64,000 nucleotides of DNA from Podarcis cretensis. Its lineage: Eukaryota. The position numbers and the translations under genes were made by a program. This document shows positions 12,461-24,770 of the stretch, piece by piece. The DNA lies in assembly GCA_951804945.1 (NCBI GenBank), contig OX638150.1, positions 66,030,001-66,094,000 of the forward strand, in the 5' to 3' direction. Under the pieces are notes generated by a model. The model ran no database searches. It was not told the DNA's origin and worked only from the letters and a program-made list of their open reading frames with translations. Position 1 is the first letter of the stretch. Every line of letters starts with the position of its first letter.

Positions 12461-13099
12461 CAGAGGCTCTCTGACTGCCAAGTGCAAGGCTGACTTACAT
12501 TGCTTTGGCTTGTATCTGAGGAACCAAGCACAACACACATTGGTATGTGTGTTTGTTGTCCCCACAGAGGTCAGGAGTGCAGTGTTTGTAGCCCAAATTT
12601 GCTCTCCACCTCGCCCTTTCCCGCCACCTCATGGACAAGCTCCCTTGCGCCTGGCTACATTCAAGCACTATTTGTGTTCATCAATTTCACAAGCCGGATG
12701 TTCTTTAAGGTCATATCACTTGCCCTTGGGCACACACCCCATGATTGAGAACATGAAGGTTGAAAATGGCACACATTGCTGGGCCTGCTTCTCTCAGTGG
12801 CTATTTTAAACAAACAAACAACAACAAAACAATATGGCAGGCTTCAGTCTTGAGTGCAGGATGTGGGGGGGGGGGAGTATGCTTACCCTTACCCTTCCAG
12901 AGATTTTTTTTTTTTCTGTTCCAAAGGAAACAGGTCCCTGCTGGTAGAAACGTAGCTGATTTAGAGCAGAAAGAAAAGCAGAAGAGGAAAGGATTTTGCA
13001 GCCCTATTCCAGTCAGAAGTGGCAGCCAAAGTGCAGTGGTTTGTCTATGCAGGCCCCATCACAACACTGCCCCGCCCCACCCCCACTCTGATATATGCA

Positions 13100-13595
13100 G
13101 CTGCTGCTGCTGCTTCTTTGGCGATCACTTGTAGCCATAAACATGGTGACTCCATAAGTGACTGGAGGCCAATTCTGGATCCACACGACCTTCCACAGTG
13201 GGGACATACGGTAGGTTTCCGGTTGGGAATTGATCACAGCAAGGGTTTGCTAAACGTGCCTTCCTCTTAGCACGTTTCTCTCTTTCATCCTGAGTTCAAG
13301 CACCTTCAAACCCCATGACACCTTTGGTAAAGGCTGTTCTCTAGTTGCAGCACTTGCCGGCCAGTGTTTCCAATTTTTGGGTGTTTATACTACATTTTTA
13401 AAGATTTACCTTCAGATAGTTTTTAAACCTCTTTTGTTGACCAACAGCATTACGCTTTCCATTTTTAAGTTCGTAATAGAGTAATTACTTTGGAAGACGA
13501 TCATCAGGCATCCGCACAACATGACCAGTCCAACGAAGTTGATGTTGAAGAATCATTGCTTTGACACTGGTGATCTTTGCTTCTTCCAGTACACA
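13100..13595 (-). mobile_element. RTE-clade LINE 3' fragment
   Basis: Minus-strand translation VLEEAKITSVKAMILQHQLRWTGHVVRMPDDRLPK and CPHCGRSCGSRIGL, typical of RTE ORF ends; contains stops. Confidence 0.85.
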
Positions 13596-13761
13596 AGCAG
13601 CAGCAACACTGCTGGGAGGGGGGGAGTTAACAGAGCACCACCCCTACCCCACCAACTGCTCCTGAATCTCATCCCAAGATGGCTTTCAGCAATTGCTTTT
13701 GGTTCAAAACGCCTCTTGGCAAAAACATATATGTAGCAGTATGTGTGTTGTACACGGTAAC

Positions 13762-14033
13762 AGCTATTGATTTAGATGGCTTTAAAATGGGGAGTCAACA
13801 AATTCATGGAGCATAAGATTATCAGTGGCTATTAGTTGTTAAGGCTATATATGCCATCTCCATTAGCGGAAGCAGCATCCTTTTAAATGCCAGATGCTGG
13901 AGAGCAAAAGACGGAGAGGGATAGTGCCCTCCTGTCTTGCTTGTGGGCTTCCCCAAAACTGTGGCCACTGTGAGAAAAACAGGTTGCTGAACTATTAGAC
14001 CTCTGGTCTGATCCAGCAAGGCTCTCCTTATGT
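13762..14033 (+). mobile_element. Old CR1 3' end
   Basis: GATGGCTTTAAAA...ACAAATTCATGGAG...CTGATCCAGCAAGGCTCTCCTTATGT; reverse-complement homologue of 11285-11520. Confidence 0.75.
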
Positions 14034-14811
14034 ATGTCCTGCAGCAGTCCCCAAATCTAGATTTATACAAGTTATTTGACAGTGGTGATAAGTTGTTTGG
14101 ATGTGAAAGGAGTATTCACAAGATCACTGAATGCAGATTAGTTATGCCTAAACTTAGTAATGCCACTGGAACTCATGATTAGCCCATTTGTACAATGAAT
14201 CCAGTGTGTTCATAATGCCAACGTATGCCATGAGTCCTGAGTCGGATGCACTGAAGTTGTGTGATGTTTGTCCTTAAAATGGGATGCATGACCTGCACAG
14301 CTTGCATAACTAAGGCTGGGTACACATTGCCAGCTTAACACGCAGCCAAGTCATTGTTTTTCTCAGTTTTGATTGAAACTAGGGGGCTTTTTGGGGGAGG
14401 GGGAATAAAAATGTAGTATTTCGTAAGAAACGAGAAGATAAATACAGGATAGATATGGATTGTAGCTAATGTTATGTGCACTTCACTTCCCCGGGAGTGT
14501 GGACACAGGCTAAGCTGAGAGATATTCACTTCCTTCATTCATGCTCAGATGGTGTTAGATACTTTACACTGATGTAGTTAATTTGTCAACAGAAGAAAAT
14601 GTGGCAATGGCCAGAGAATGCTACACCATGACATATTTACGTATTTTGTTATTTATTCTGTGTCAGCACCATGACACATGATGTTGCGATTTATTCCTGG
14701 TAGCAGAAAAGGAATCTCAGACACTTCAGTATCACACTTGCTGCAGTAACAATAAAGACATACCCAAGCATGACCTGAAGGCTTGCAATAAAGGAGAGCT
14801 CACTTCAAAGT

Positions 14812-15160
14812 AAGGTAAAGGTAAAGGGACCCCTGACCATTAGGTCCAGTCGTGACCCACTCTGGGGTTGCGGCGCTCACCTCGCTTTATTGGCTGAGGG
14901 AACCGGTGTACAGCTTCCGGGTCATGTGGCCAGCATGACTAAGCCGCTTCTGGCGAACCAGAGCAGTGCACGGAAACGCCGTTTACCATCCCACCAGAGC
15001 GGTACCTATTTATCTACTTGCATTTTGACTTGTTTTGGACCTGCTAGGTTGGCAGGAGCAGGGACCGAGCAACGGGAGCTCACTCCGTCGCAGGGATTCG
15101 AACCGCCAACCTTCTGATCGGCAAGTCCTAGGCTCTGTGGTTTAACCCACAGCGCCACCC
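14812..15160 (-). mobile_element. Sauria SINE, near full length
   Basis: Reverse complement of the 44615 copy, (AAAGGT)n tail at the left, imperfect TSD CACTTCAAAGTA / CACTTCCAAGTA. Confidence 0.93.
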
Positions 15161-16230
15161 ACTTCCAAGTAGGACATCCTTATTTTCATTGGAGTAATGT
15201 TTGGGTGTCCTTATTTTCATCTGAGAAATGTTGGAGGGTATGAGTTTTTATTTAGCTGGGATTGTAAGTCATGGGTGGTTCTTTAACACAATAGAGTCAC
15301 TTTGCCCACTGCTACTCTGACCACCAGGGGCACACAAATTTGTGACCTAGCAGGCCAGACATGGCCTACCAGCCATGATAAACTCACCAGTGGCTTGTGG
15401 AAATGCACATTGTTGTGTACTGCTGTGGACTATTAAAACAGGGCAGGAAGTGAGTTGACTTATTTACTTAGCACCTGCCAGAACACCATAAGTAGTCACT
15501 GGGCTGTGTTCAGGTTGGTTGTTACAGGTTCACCTAACAGACTAGTTAATTATGCTAGTATCTTTGTAATGAGAACAATCTTTTCCTGTGGGCACATGTG
15601 CTAAACTCTACTAGTGTACAGTATTAGTATCTGTACCTACCTATGAGGATCCTGTGTTAAAAGTAAAGGGTATGGTCCAGATGGTTAGTTGTACTTTAAG
15701 TACATCCACTGTTCCATTGTTCTCCAAGAAATACGTAGTTTGTCTGGGAAAGGAAATATGGCGAATACGACAGTCATGTTATATATTCCCCATGTATAGA
15801 CATTTTACAGGGATCTGAAAGAGTATAAGGAAAATATTTCAGTCAATGGCCATGACTGACTCTGAATCCAGTCTTATGTGCTGATGCTTCTGAGGAGGGT
15901 TTCCTGTATACTCTTTTCTATCCCAGGGATATATAAACATGACTGCCATCTTTCCTGTCCATGTAAACTGATCTTTTGGAGAATGGTGGAACTGGTGCAA
16001 GGTCTACATGAGAAAGAGATGGGGCAGCGTTACAAAGATTTGGCAGTGGCACTATCTGTATCAGGCCTCCCTCTACAAAGTGAGGCTGAAGGGACAATCA
16101 CAGTTTAAGGCCCACTGGGAGAATCCCAATCACTCATTGTTTACAGCTGATGCCCACTTCTTTGTGGGAACATCTTTGGCCCACACAGACCCTTTAACAG
16201 TGGTATGGAGATGTGAGACCACCTGTGTTA

Positions 16231-16387
16231 NNNNNNNNNNNNNNNNNNNNNNNNNNNNNNNNNNNNNNNNNNNNNNNNNNNNNNNNNNNNNNNNNNNNNN
16301 NNNNNNNNNNNNNNNNNNNNNNNNNNNNNNNNNNNNNNNNNNNNNNNNNNNNNNNNNNNNNNNNNNNNNNNNNNNNNNNNNNNNNNN
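16231..16387. other. Assembly gap (157 N)
   Basis: Run of n characters. Confidence 1.
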
Positions 16388-17143
16388 AATGTTGGCAGCA
16401 GTTTTCCCAGCAAGATAAAAACATCTAAGTCAAAGGTGCAAGTCCAATCTACAGAATAAAATTAAATTGCAAAACTACCTTGTTTTGTTTAATCATTTAT
16501 CCATGAACCTCAGAAAGCTCAAAAGGTTTTGTGGGGAAATAGCAGCAGAATAACAATAATATGAACCAATAACATGTTTCCCGTTCTAGTTGCTTAGATT
16601 ATAATAATGAAACTTAGGCCGGCATCCACACGTATCTCCAGAATGCTGAAAACTCTCCCCAGTGACATGTAATGAAATAAGTAACAAAACTGTTTGAATG
16701 CATTAGAGGAAGCCAAGAGAAATCTGTTAGGTTTTCTTTCCCTCTTCTTCTCCTGCATCAGAAGAGGAAAGTGGAATAGTGGGTTCCTGTGATGGGGATC
16801 TTAAAAAGCAGGATTCTGTGAAAGCTAAATTCACACAGTGTGTTCACTGAGTAGTTAACAACAAGATGCAGCTGTTAAGAGATAGTTTTATCAAATGTCA
16901 AGGCACTTGTTAACGACAATAAGATGATCATCACCATTTAGTCTTAAACTGTAATTTTTTAAATTTTGAATGAGGGCATATGATGACAGGTAAAGGATCC
17001 AAGCCAGAAAAGTCACTGCGTCCTTATCAACAAAGGGAAGCGGTGTTTAAATGTCTCCTGAGGTACCTATCTAGAATAATTCTTCGTGCTTCTGAAATGA
17101 GAATTGCAGATGCTGGGCTTGTTTGATAAGTTCTCAGTTGGTA

Positions 17144-17369
17144 CAGTGGTACCTCGGGTTACATACGCTTCAGGTTACAGACTCCGCTAACCCAGAAATA
17201 GTACCTCGGGTTAAGAACTTTGCTTCAGGATGAGAACAGAAATCATGCTCCGGCGGCGTGGCAGCAGCAGGAGGCCCCATTAGCTAAAGTGGTGCTTCAG
17301 GTTAAGAACAGTTTCAGGTTAAGAACGGACCTCCAGAACGAATTAAGTACGTAACCAGAGATACCACTG
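17144..17369. mobile_element. Tigger/pogo-like MITE (same family as 1782-2023)
   Basis: TA-CAGTGGTACCTC...GATACCACTG-TA. Confidence 0.9.
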
Positions 17370-18470
17370 TACATTATATGTGCATGTCTTACAGCAATTC
17401 TCCACAAGAGAATCATACAGCAGCTTGATTGTGAAACATAATGATTGTCAAATCTGGAGCAATAAACATGATGAGCTGCATGTTTCAAAATTTGCTTTAA
17501 CTGTGACATGCATCTGTCATCATTTATTTCTTTCTGTGGTGATGAAGTTTGGCATCCCCAAGTAAAAGAGGAACAACAAAGGACTCAGTGTATCAATTGG
17601 CACTTTATAAATATGTAACTAAACATTGGCTCCTTCCCCAATCTAGAAGTAACAATTCTGGGCACAAACAATGCAAGTTCTGTTGAAATTGGTCGGCTTT
17701 TAAGCTTCCACATAGAAACAACAGGTGGTTACTACAGACAGGCAATCTGCAATATATTGATTCCAGAGCAATCCAATTTATTAATTAACAGGGTAACTGC
17801 AATAAATGAATTATAGATTGCTATGAATAAGGTTAACAAAATAAGCATATTAGATACAGGATCCAGATATTCTAAATGGCATAGGAGCAGTGCCAACAAC
17901 AACAACAGGAAACCTACAAAGATCCTTTTAAAAATGCCAGCAGACTGGAAGGAAGCTGACCGCATGCATAAGAGGAGACACTTCCTGTATCTTTGCTGGT
18001 TGTACAGAAGTGAACATATTGATAGGTAAATTGGTAGATAAATCTTGTCACAGAGAATGGCTTACAATGTTTTTGAAAGTGGTGCTAAGAGAAGCTGGAC
18101 ATAGTCAAATGCCCTCTCTTGCATCTGATCACTTCAGCTGCAGAGCTAGGGACTCTTTCTCTTGTTCTGTAGGTAACATGAATGATGATTTCTGTATCTT
18201 AACCTGTTTGCAATCTTTTCATAGGAAAGAATGGCATGTGCTTTATGCTTGGGTAGCATTTAAACATGCTATTGGCAGGAATAGCTAGGAATGGTGCTGA
18301 AATCTGTAATTAACTAGTTCAGTATATAGGAATTTGTCAAGCTTGTTATGCTTGCCTGTATGAGCAGCATATCATCTAAAAGTTCTTCCCTCCTTCTTTT
18401 CAATTCTCTGACTCAGAATTGAAAAGATTATATGCACGCCCCATCAGTGTCCAGCAGACCAAATGCTATA

Positions 18471-19088
18471 GGGCTGGCCATAGCTCAGTGGTCAAGCACC
18501 TGCTATGTAAGCAGAAGATTCTAGGTTCAGTCCTTGGCATCTCCAGGTAGTGTTGGAAGAGAATCCTGCCTGAAATCCTAGAGATCTTCTGCCAGTCAGT
18601 GTAGACAACACTGAGCTAGATGGCTCCCAGTACGTTTCCGAGCACAATTCAAAGTGCTGGTGCTGACCTTCAAAGCCCTAAACGGCTTTGGTCCAGTATA
18701 TCTGAAGGAGCGTCTCCACCCCCATTGTTCTGTCCAGACACTGAGGTCCAGCTCCGAGGGCCTTCTGGCGGTTCCCTCACTGCGAGAAGCCAAGTTACAG
18801 GGAGCCAGGCAGAGGGCCTTCTTGGTAGTGGCACCCCACCCTGTGGAACACCCTCCCACCAGATGTCAAAGAGAAGAACAACTACCAGACTTTTAGAAGA
18901 CATCTGAAGGCAGCCCTCGTTAGGGAAGCTTTTAATGTTTAATAGACCACTGTATTTTAATACTCTGTTGGAAGACGCCCAGAGTGGCTGGGGAAACCCA
19001 GCCAGATGGGTGGGGTATAAATAATAAATTCTATTCTATTCTAGATGGACCAATGGTTCAATTCAAGATAAGGCTATGTTCCTATGTT
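18471..19088 (+). mobile_element. Squam3-like SINE split by an L2 insertion
   Basis: Head and body at 18471-18623; resumes at 19041 (CTAGATGGACCAATGG...GTTCCTATGTT). Confidence 0.85.
18624..19040 (+). mobile_element. L2-clade LINE 3' fragment nested in the SINE
   Basis: Encodes LPVRFRAQFKVLVLTFKALNGFGPVYLKERL...RQRAF; TSD CTAGATGG (18616-18623 / 19041-19048); (ATTCT)n-like tail. Confidence 0.9.
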
Positions 19089-19401
19089 GATTGTTGTAAA
19101 TAGACTAACCAGGGCTAAATGATGGTTTGGCTTAGCATTATGTCTGAGCCCAAGCTTGTGGTTTGTCTCCCCTAGACAAAACACAAGTGGTATCCAAAAA
19201 ACAAACCTTGGTTACAGCTCAACATTTGGAGTGAGATAAACCACAAGTCTGGGTTCAGATGTAAAACTAATCTAAATCATGGGTAGCTCAGCAACAGCAA
19301 AACCAAGGGACAAACACTGAACCTGCACATTTGCTCATTCGTGCTTAGCCATAATTTGGCTTAGTATTAGGTGTAAACCAGATCATTGTGAGCTACAAAA
19401 T

Positions 19402-19402
<1 letters not shown>

Positions 19403-19447
<45 letters not shown>
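19403..19447. repeat. (CA)n microsatellite
   Basis: Seen directly. Confidence 0.98.
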
Positions 19448-19451
<4 letters not shown>

Positions 19452-22400
19452 ACCAGTGTCATCAGATTAATGTTTGTGCAGCTCTGAAGACAAACTTCTC
19501 AGTCTGGTTCCATTACACATACAGCGCCCAGGGAATACTGTACTGCAGGGATGTTTATTTTCAGTGACAGTAACATATCTCTCAGTCTGCAAATAGCCAC
19601 TGCAGCAGTTCATTCTTAGCAGCGTGTTCGTCCTTTGCCTTATATCTGAGTTGGATTTCAGAGCTTGTGGGATGTGTAGCAAGGTGTGTACAGGTGGAAC
19701 CAGCAGGCATATTCTGGTATCATTGGCAGGAATTCATAAGACAACATCATTCCCCTGCTTCTGCTTAATGTGTGAGAGGGAGCAGCTTTGCATCTATCTG
19801 CTATCTGCTGGCCAGTAGCTACACATTCAGCATTAATGTGAAAGGGTCCTACATGCATATCAATATGTGTAGTGGCTGCTGTATGTGAATGGGAACCAGG
19901 GTGGACCAGAGTTGCTGCTTGCATTGAGGAATTGCATATGCATATTGTTGTGTGCAGTGTCCCTTCATACCAATGCAGTAGGTACAGCCACAGGAGAAGA
20001 GGGCCCCCTTTTGGGGTGTTGCCAGTAGTCATGATCATGTTGTCCTTGTTGCATGTATGGGGAGGGGTCATTTGAACACCCCTTAGTCCTCTGCTCTTTT
20101 TAGAGTAAAAATTCAGGAAGATGTGTCCTGTTTCCTCCAAGAGCTTCTATCAATTTATACAAATAGTGTTACCTCCAAGCTCCACCAAGCATAGCAAAAT
20201 CCCAGGTAGTTACAGGCACTTACCCAGGGTTGTGTTTCAATTGGGAATTCAAGGCATGGTGGAGGCTTGTGTCTTTAAGAAATATGGTTTACTTTACACA
20301 TATTTACACCTAAGGTCTTCAGTAGAGAGCTGCAGAGTTTACAGCATTCACATTTCAAAGGGCTTGTTCCCCATAGTATCAAATTCCAGTACATCTCTGT
20401 GTCTCTGTCCCAGCCTGCCTAGATGGTTCTGACCTTCAGCACCTGCATGGAGTTCTACTTATTTCCCCCTTCTTGTTCCCAGAACACTTTGCTCCAAGAA
20501 ACTCCTCCCCATCCGCTCACTCCCCTATTCCAAGCCTAGTTTTAAAAGGTGAGAATTTTAAACCAATTACATCATTCACCATAACTTTGGCAACCTCTGC
20601 TGGCCCAAGGATTTCTCTGTGATGAGCCACCAAGACCTTTCATCATGTTAGTGATCTCTATCCCACGTGAAGCCCTGGCCTGTATTTTTCCACTGGCCTG
20701 GAATCTTCCCTTCAATACTCCAAAAATTATCTAAATTCTGCCCTTTTACTAATTTCTAACATTCACTAACTCTAGATCTGTAACAAGATTTATGATCCAA
20801 CCTTGGCCTTGTAGTTCCTGGTACTGGAGATGCCTCCATTAATAAAATAATCGATGGGAGATGGAATTGCCACTGCTGTCCTTTTTGGGGAGCTATTCAT
20901 TAGAAAATGCATTTATGTTGCTTTTTCTGAGAGATGTTACAAGTTGCTTCAATCTCGGCATATGATGAAAGCCCATACATCTCCTCTGCCCGAGATGAAT
21001 GATTTATACTTGTTTGGGATCAAAGTTGTGAGAGTTCTCTGTGGTTTCTCATGTTCATTGCTCAGTAGAAGCAGGACTGGTCCTATCATTAGGCTGAATG
21101 AGGTTGCTGCCTCAGGGCAGTGGGCAGTGGGCAGGGGTAGCAGCCTGCACCTTCCACTGTTCCACTTGAGTTTCCTTAGAGAACAGAACTGTGTGTGCCA
21201 TGCACCACTGAGCCTGTTGTTCTTAAGTGGAAGGTGCAGTCCCATTTCCAGGACTGAAGTAAGATTCAGCTGCAAGTCTTTACAGATTCTGTAAATGGAA
21301 TTGAGGGGGCTGGGGAGAAGAGAGTGATATCTAGGGCCAGCTCTGATATATGGTTCAAATTCATCAAACCAATTTGGACTGGCAAAGTGTGTACAGGAAG
21401 ATTTAAAGTGCTGTGGAATTCTCTACCCGTGAGGGGCTTGTAGACAGATAGTTTGACTCCTTCCTACACACGGCATGGTCCACTGTGCAGAAGACAGCTC
21501 ACCAGTTATATATGACAGCCCATTCGGAGCCAGATGAACTTGCTGTTTATGCCGCTTGCCTGGAACTCTAAAAAATAAAATAAAATGGGACTGTCAAGCA
21601 GCTTTACATGGCTGGAAGTTTGTGTTTGACTCAGAAGGTCACAATTTGTGCAGGGCTGCACTAGAGTAGAGAGAATGGCCTTTGACTCCTTATGCTTCTG
21701 GTTTGAGCAGGTGACCTTCAGGTCCATGCTAACTCCATGTTTTTAACTGAGAAGAGCCCTGGTGAAGGAACAAACGGCTTCCTAACAGTGCTCTTACCAG
21801 AGTATCAAAATGCCTTGTGTGCCACACTAACAACTTGATTTCCTTCATGGCCCATCTTTTTACTTTCTAAGCCACACTCTCTCAGGAGTAATATGTCTTG
21901 GGCTGCATGCTGACAGAGTGTGGCTAACTACAATTGTAGGTGGTGTTGGGGCCAAAACTGGGTGGAGCCACTCCATTTTTTCTCCCTCTTTCTGTTACTC
22001 CCCCTCTTGTGGAGAGCTTTTGAGCCTAGGCACAAGCATCGGGCCAGCTGTACATCACTTTCATACCCTCCAACATTTCAAATTTGGGAATGTCCCTGGG
22101 AAATAGGGACACTTGGGGAGTCAGCACTTTCCTGGGTTGGGAGATGAGGCATCAGACTAGTGTATCTCTCCCATTGCTCCCTGACTCTTTTTCTATGAGA
22201 TGACAAGCTCTTGAATGTGATGGAGTCTACCTCTTGGGTGGCTTCATCCCACCCCCACCAAAAAAGATCAGCTCCAACTTGAGACCCAGACCCAGCAACA
22301 GCACAATAGCCACGGCTAATTAAAATAATGCTGTGCCCCAGCCTGAGCAGAGCTTGGCTTTTACTGCAGATGACTTCATCAGTGATAATGAATGTGTGAA

Positions 22401-23845
22401 CCTGAATTCTTTTCCACTGCACTGTTTATATATGCAAGCATGCTGTTGACACAGATCTCTTAATCCCTTCTCTGTGTCCCATGGACCATGCTTGTACAAT
22501 AGCAGCCCTCGGCCTATTGCTGGCATTGCACTTTACTTCTCTGCTGAAACCCCTTTTACCTCAGACTCGCTGACCAGTTGCTGACAGAGTGTTATTGGCA
22601 GGGGAAGCAGAGAGTTGTTTTGCTGGGAATGTGAACTGTGCAGAGCTGTTTAAGAATGAGAGGAATAGGACAGGCAGAACATAGACTTCAAAATATGGAC
22701 AGGGAGAATGTAGACTCTAAAACAGGATTCAGAAATCCAGAAATGTTCTTGAGAAATCCGGCTGGACATCTGAATTGTTATTGATTTCTGTTGTATTTCT
22801 GCTGTATTTGTTATGTGCTAGTTTAAAACGTTTCTAAACCAGCCCCCAATCTTATGGATACCAGGACAGTGAACAGTAATAAAATATGAAATACTATAAT
22901 GTAATTTAATGAAAACAACAACCAGTCTGGGGCTGTGAGGGACATTAGCAGCAGCCACCCAGTAATAATATCCTGGTCTATGTGGGACTAATATATAACT
23001 GCTTCAACAGTTATTTGCAGGCCAGGAAACTCTTCTGCAGAATGGCAGGGAGGTGCCCTGGTGTAGTGTCTATTGTATATATATATTTCTATTTTATTGT
23101 GTTTTTAATATGCTGTATGTCTCCTCAACAACTTTGATTAATAGGTGGGGTATAAATACCCCTAAATAAATAAATAAATGGCCATGATTTCTGAGGCTAA
23201 TGGGATTTGGGAGTTGGGAGGTGAACAATATGTGCAGTGAATCATGTTGGCTATCCCCGCCGTACATTGTAGAAACTGGCAGTTCCACAAATGAAATAAA
23301 AAATAATACTTAAACAGCAAAAAGGAAGAGAGAAGGCCCAGGGCACAGGATGGACAACAAAGGGTGCCTTTGTGGCTGCATGTTCTTTCTGTATTGCCAA
23401 ATGACTGGGGAATCTAATGAGTTCCTTCTCTTTCCCGTCAGCGTTTGATGACTACTCCAGCCTGTTACCTAAGCATGGAGAAAACTGTCATTTTTATAGT
23501 TCTCTCAATTTCTCATTTGTGTTTTTCTTATCTGGAGAAGCACACTGCAATATTTAAGTAAGTGTGAATTATGAAGGATGGCTGTGTTTCCGTTGGCGCA
23601 TTGTTTTGGAATGTGCAAATTTGGTAAATTCACCTTTAGATGGAAATGGAATTGAATTTCTCCCCAATTTCTAATTGCACCTGAAAGGCTTCCTTTGGGA
23701 AACTGAAGCTGAAGCAGCTTGGTGTCTTCACAGATTTGGCATCTGCCTGCCCTTTTGCCTGAATTCCTCAAGGAAATATCACTACCGGTGAAGTATGCTG
23801 CACAAAGGTGCTGTGTGCAGGCTGCAGGGGAGGAGGGAGGGTGTG

Positions 23846-23908
23846 GAGGAGGAGGAGGAGGAGGAAGAAGAAGAAGAAGAAGAAGAAGAAGAAGAAGAAG
23901 AAGAAGAC
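23846..23908. repeat. (GGA)n(AGA)n compound microsatellite
   Basis: Seen directly. Confidence 0.97.
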
Positions 23909-23973
23909 AGGGCTGAGCAGGAGGACACCTTGAATACCTGGTCAAAGTAACGCTAAAGGAGGTAGGAGTGACT

Positions 23974-24153
23974 CAGGACCTGCCTCAGACATTTTGGCGC
24001 CTGAAGTGACACACCAAACAGGGCCTGTCCCCTGCCAGGGAAGAAGATGTGGGTGAAGATCTACACCAGGAGCAAGGGAGGAATCTGTTGACCTCATGGA
24101 TCCCGCTGCCTGAGGCAGTTGCTGCACTTAGCCTCATGAGTGGGCCGGCCCTG
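23974..24153. mobile_element. Non-autonomous hAT-type element
   Basis: TIRs CAGGACCTGCC / GGCCGGCCCTG; TSD GAGTGACT/GAGTGTTT. Related remnant at about 21072-21344. Confidence 0.55.
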
Positions 24154-24180
24154 GAGTGTTTCCCCATGGTAGAGTGTATA

Positions 24181-24350
24181 GGGACGTGGGTGGTGCTGTG
24201 GTCTAAACCACTGAGCCTCCTGGACTTGCTGATTGGAAGGTTGGCGGTTCAAATCCGCATGATAGGGTGAGCTCCCTTTTCTCTGTCCCAGCTTCTGCCA
24301 ACCTGGCAGTTCAAAAGCATGCCAGTGCAAGTAGATAAATAGGTATAAAT
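24181..24350 (+). mobile_element. Sauria SINE 5' half only, flanked by a TSD
   Basis: GGGACGTGGGTGGTGCTGTGG...GTGCAAGTAGATAAATAGGTA then ends; AGTGTATAGG at 24173-24182 and 24351-24360. Confidence 0.85.
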
Positions 24351-24428
24351 AGTGTATAGGAGTTCCTTAGCATATATATCACATGCTAAGTGATTTGCAC
24401 CAAAAAGTGAACCAAGCCAAGGGCTATA

Positions 24429-24770
24429 CATGCAACTCACAATTTACACACATTCAAGGCACATGCGACTGCACATGCTCGCATCACTACGAACTTGGAA
24501 GTGGCACAAAAAGGGGCAAAAACAGCTGTAAAAGAGCATGAAAAGAGCAAAAATTGTGTGAAAACAGCACCTAGCAATTCAATGAGCCTTTGCAAGTACA
24601 GTCCCAGGAGCCCTTGCACCAACCTTTGAGGCCTGTGGAGAATTTGAGTTTGAGCAAGGAGGTTTGGTGGGTGTTTGCAGGCTTTTTCAATGATGTTCCT
24701 GATATACGTGATTTCACTTAAATGTGCAGGGCCTCAGAACATAACCCCCACGTAAATGGGGAGTTGCCTG
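24429..24770. mobile_element. Older Tigger-like MITE
   Basis: TA-CATGCAACTCACAATTTAC ... GTAAATGGGGAGTTGCCTG-TA imperfect TIRs. Confidence 0.6.

Noticed and set aside
16008-16428. ORFs containing X runs
   Set aside because: Artefacts of the N gap.
17823-18288. Plus-strand ORFs with nearby splice-like sites (GATAG|GTAAAT; TTCTGTAG)
   Set aside because: No recognisable protein and no consistent exon chain could be built.
23505-23945. Poly-Leu/Pro and poly-Arg ORFs (also 27443-27884)
   Set aside because: Translations of (GGA)n/(AGA)n microsatellites.
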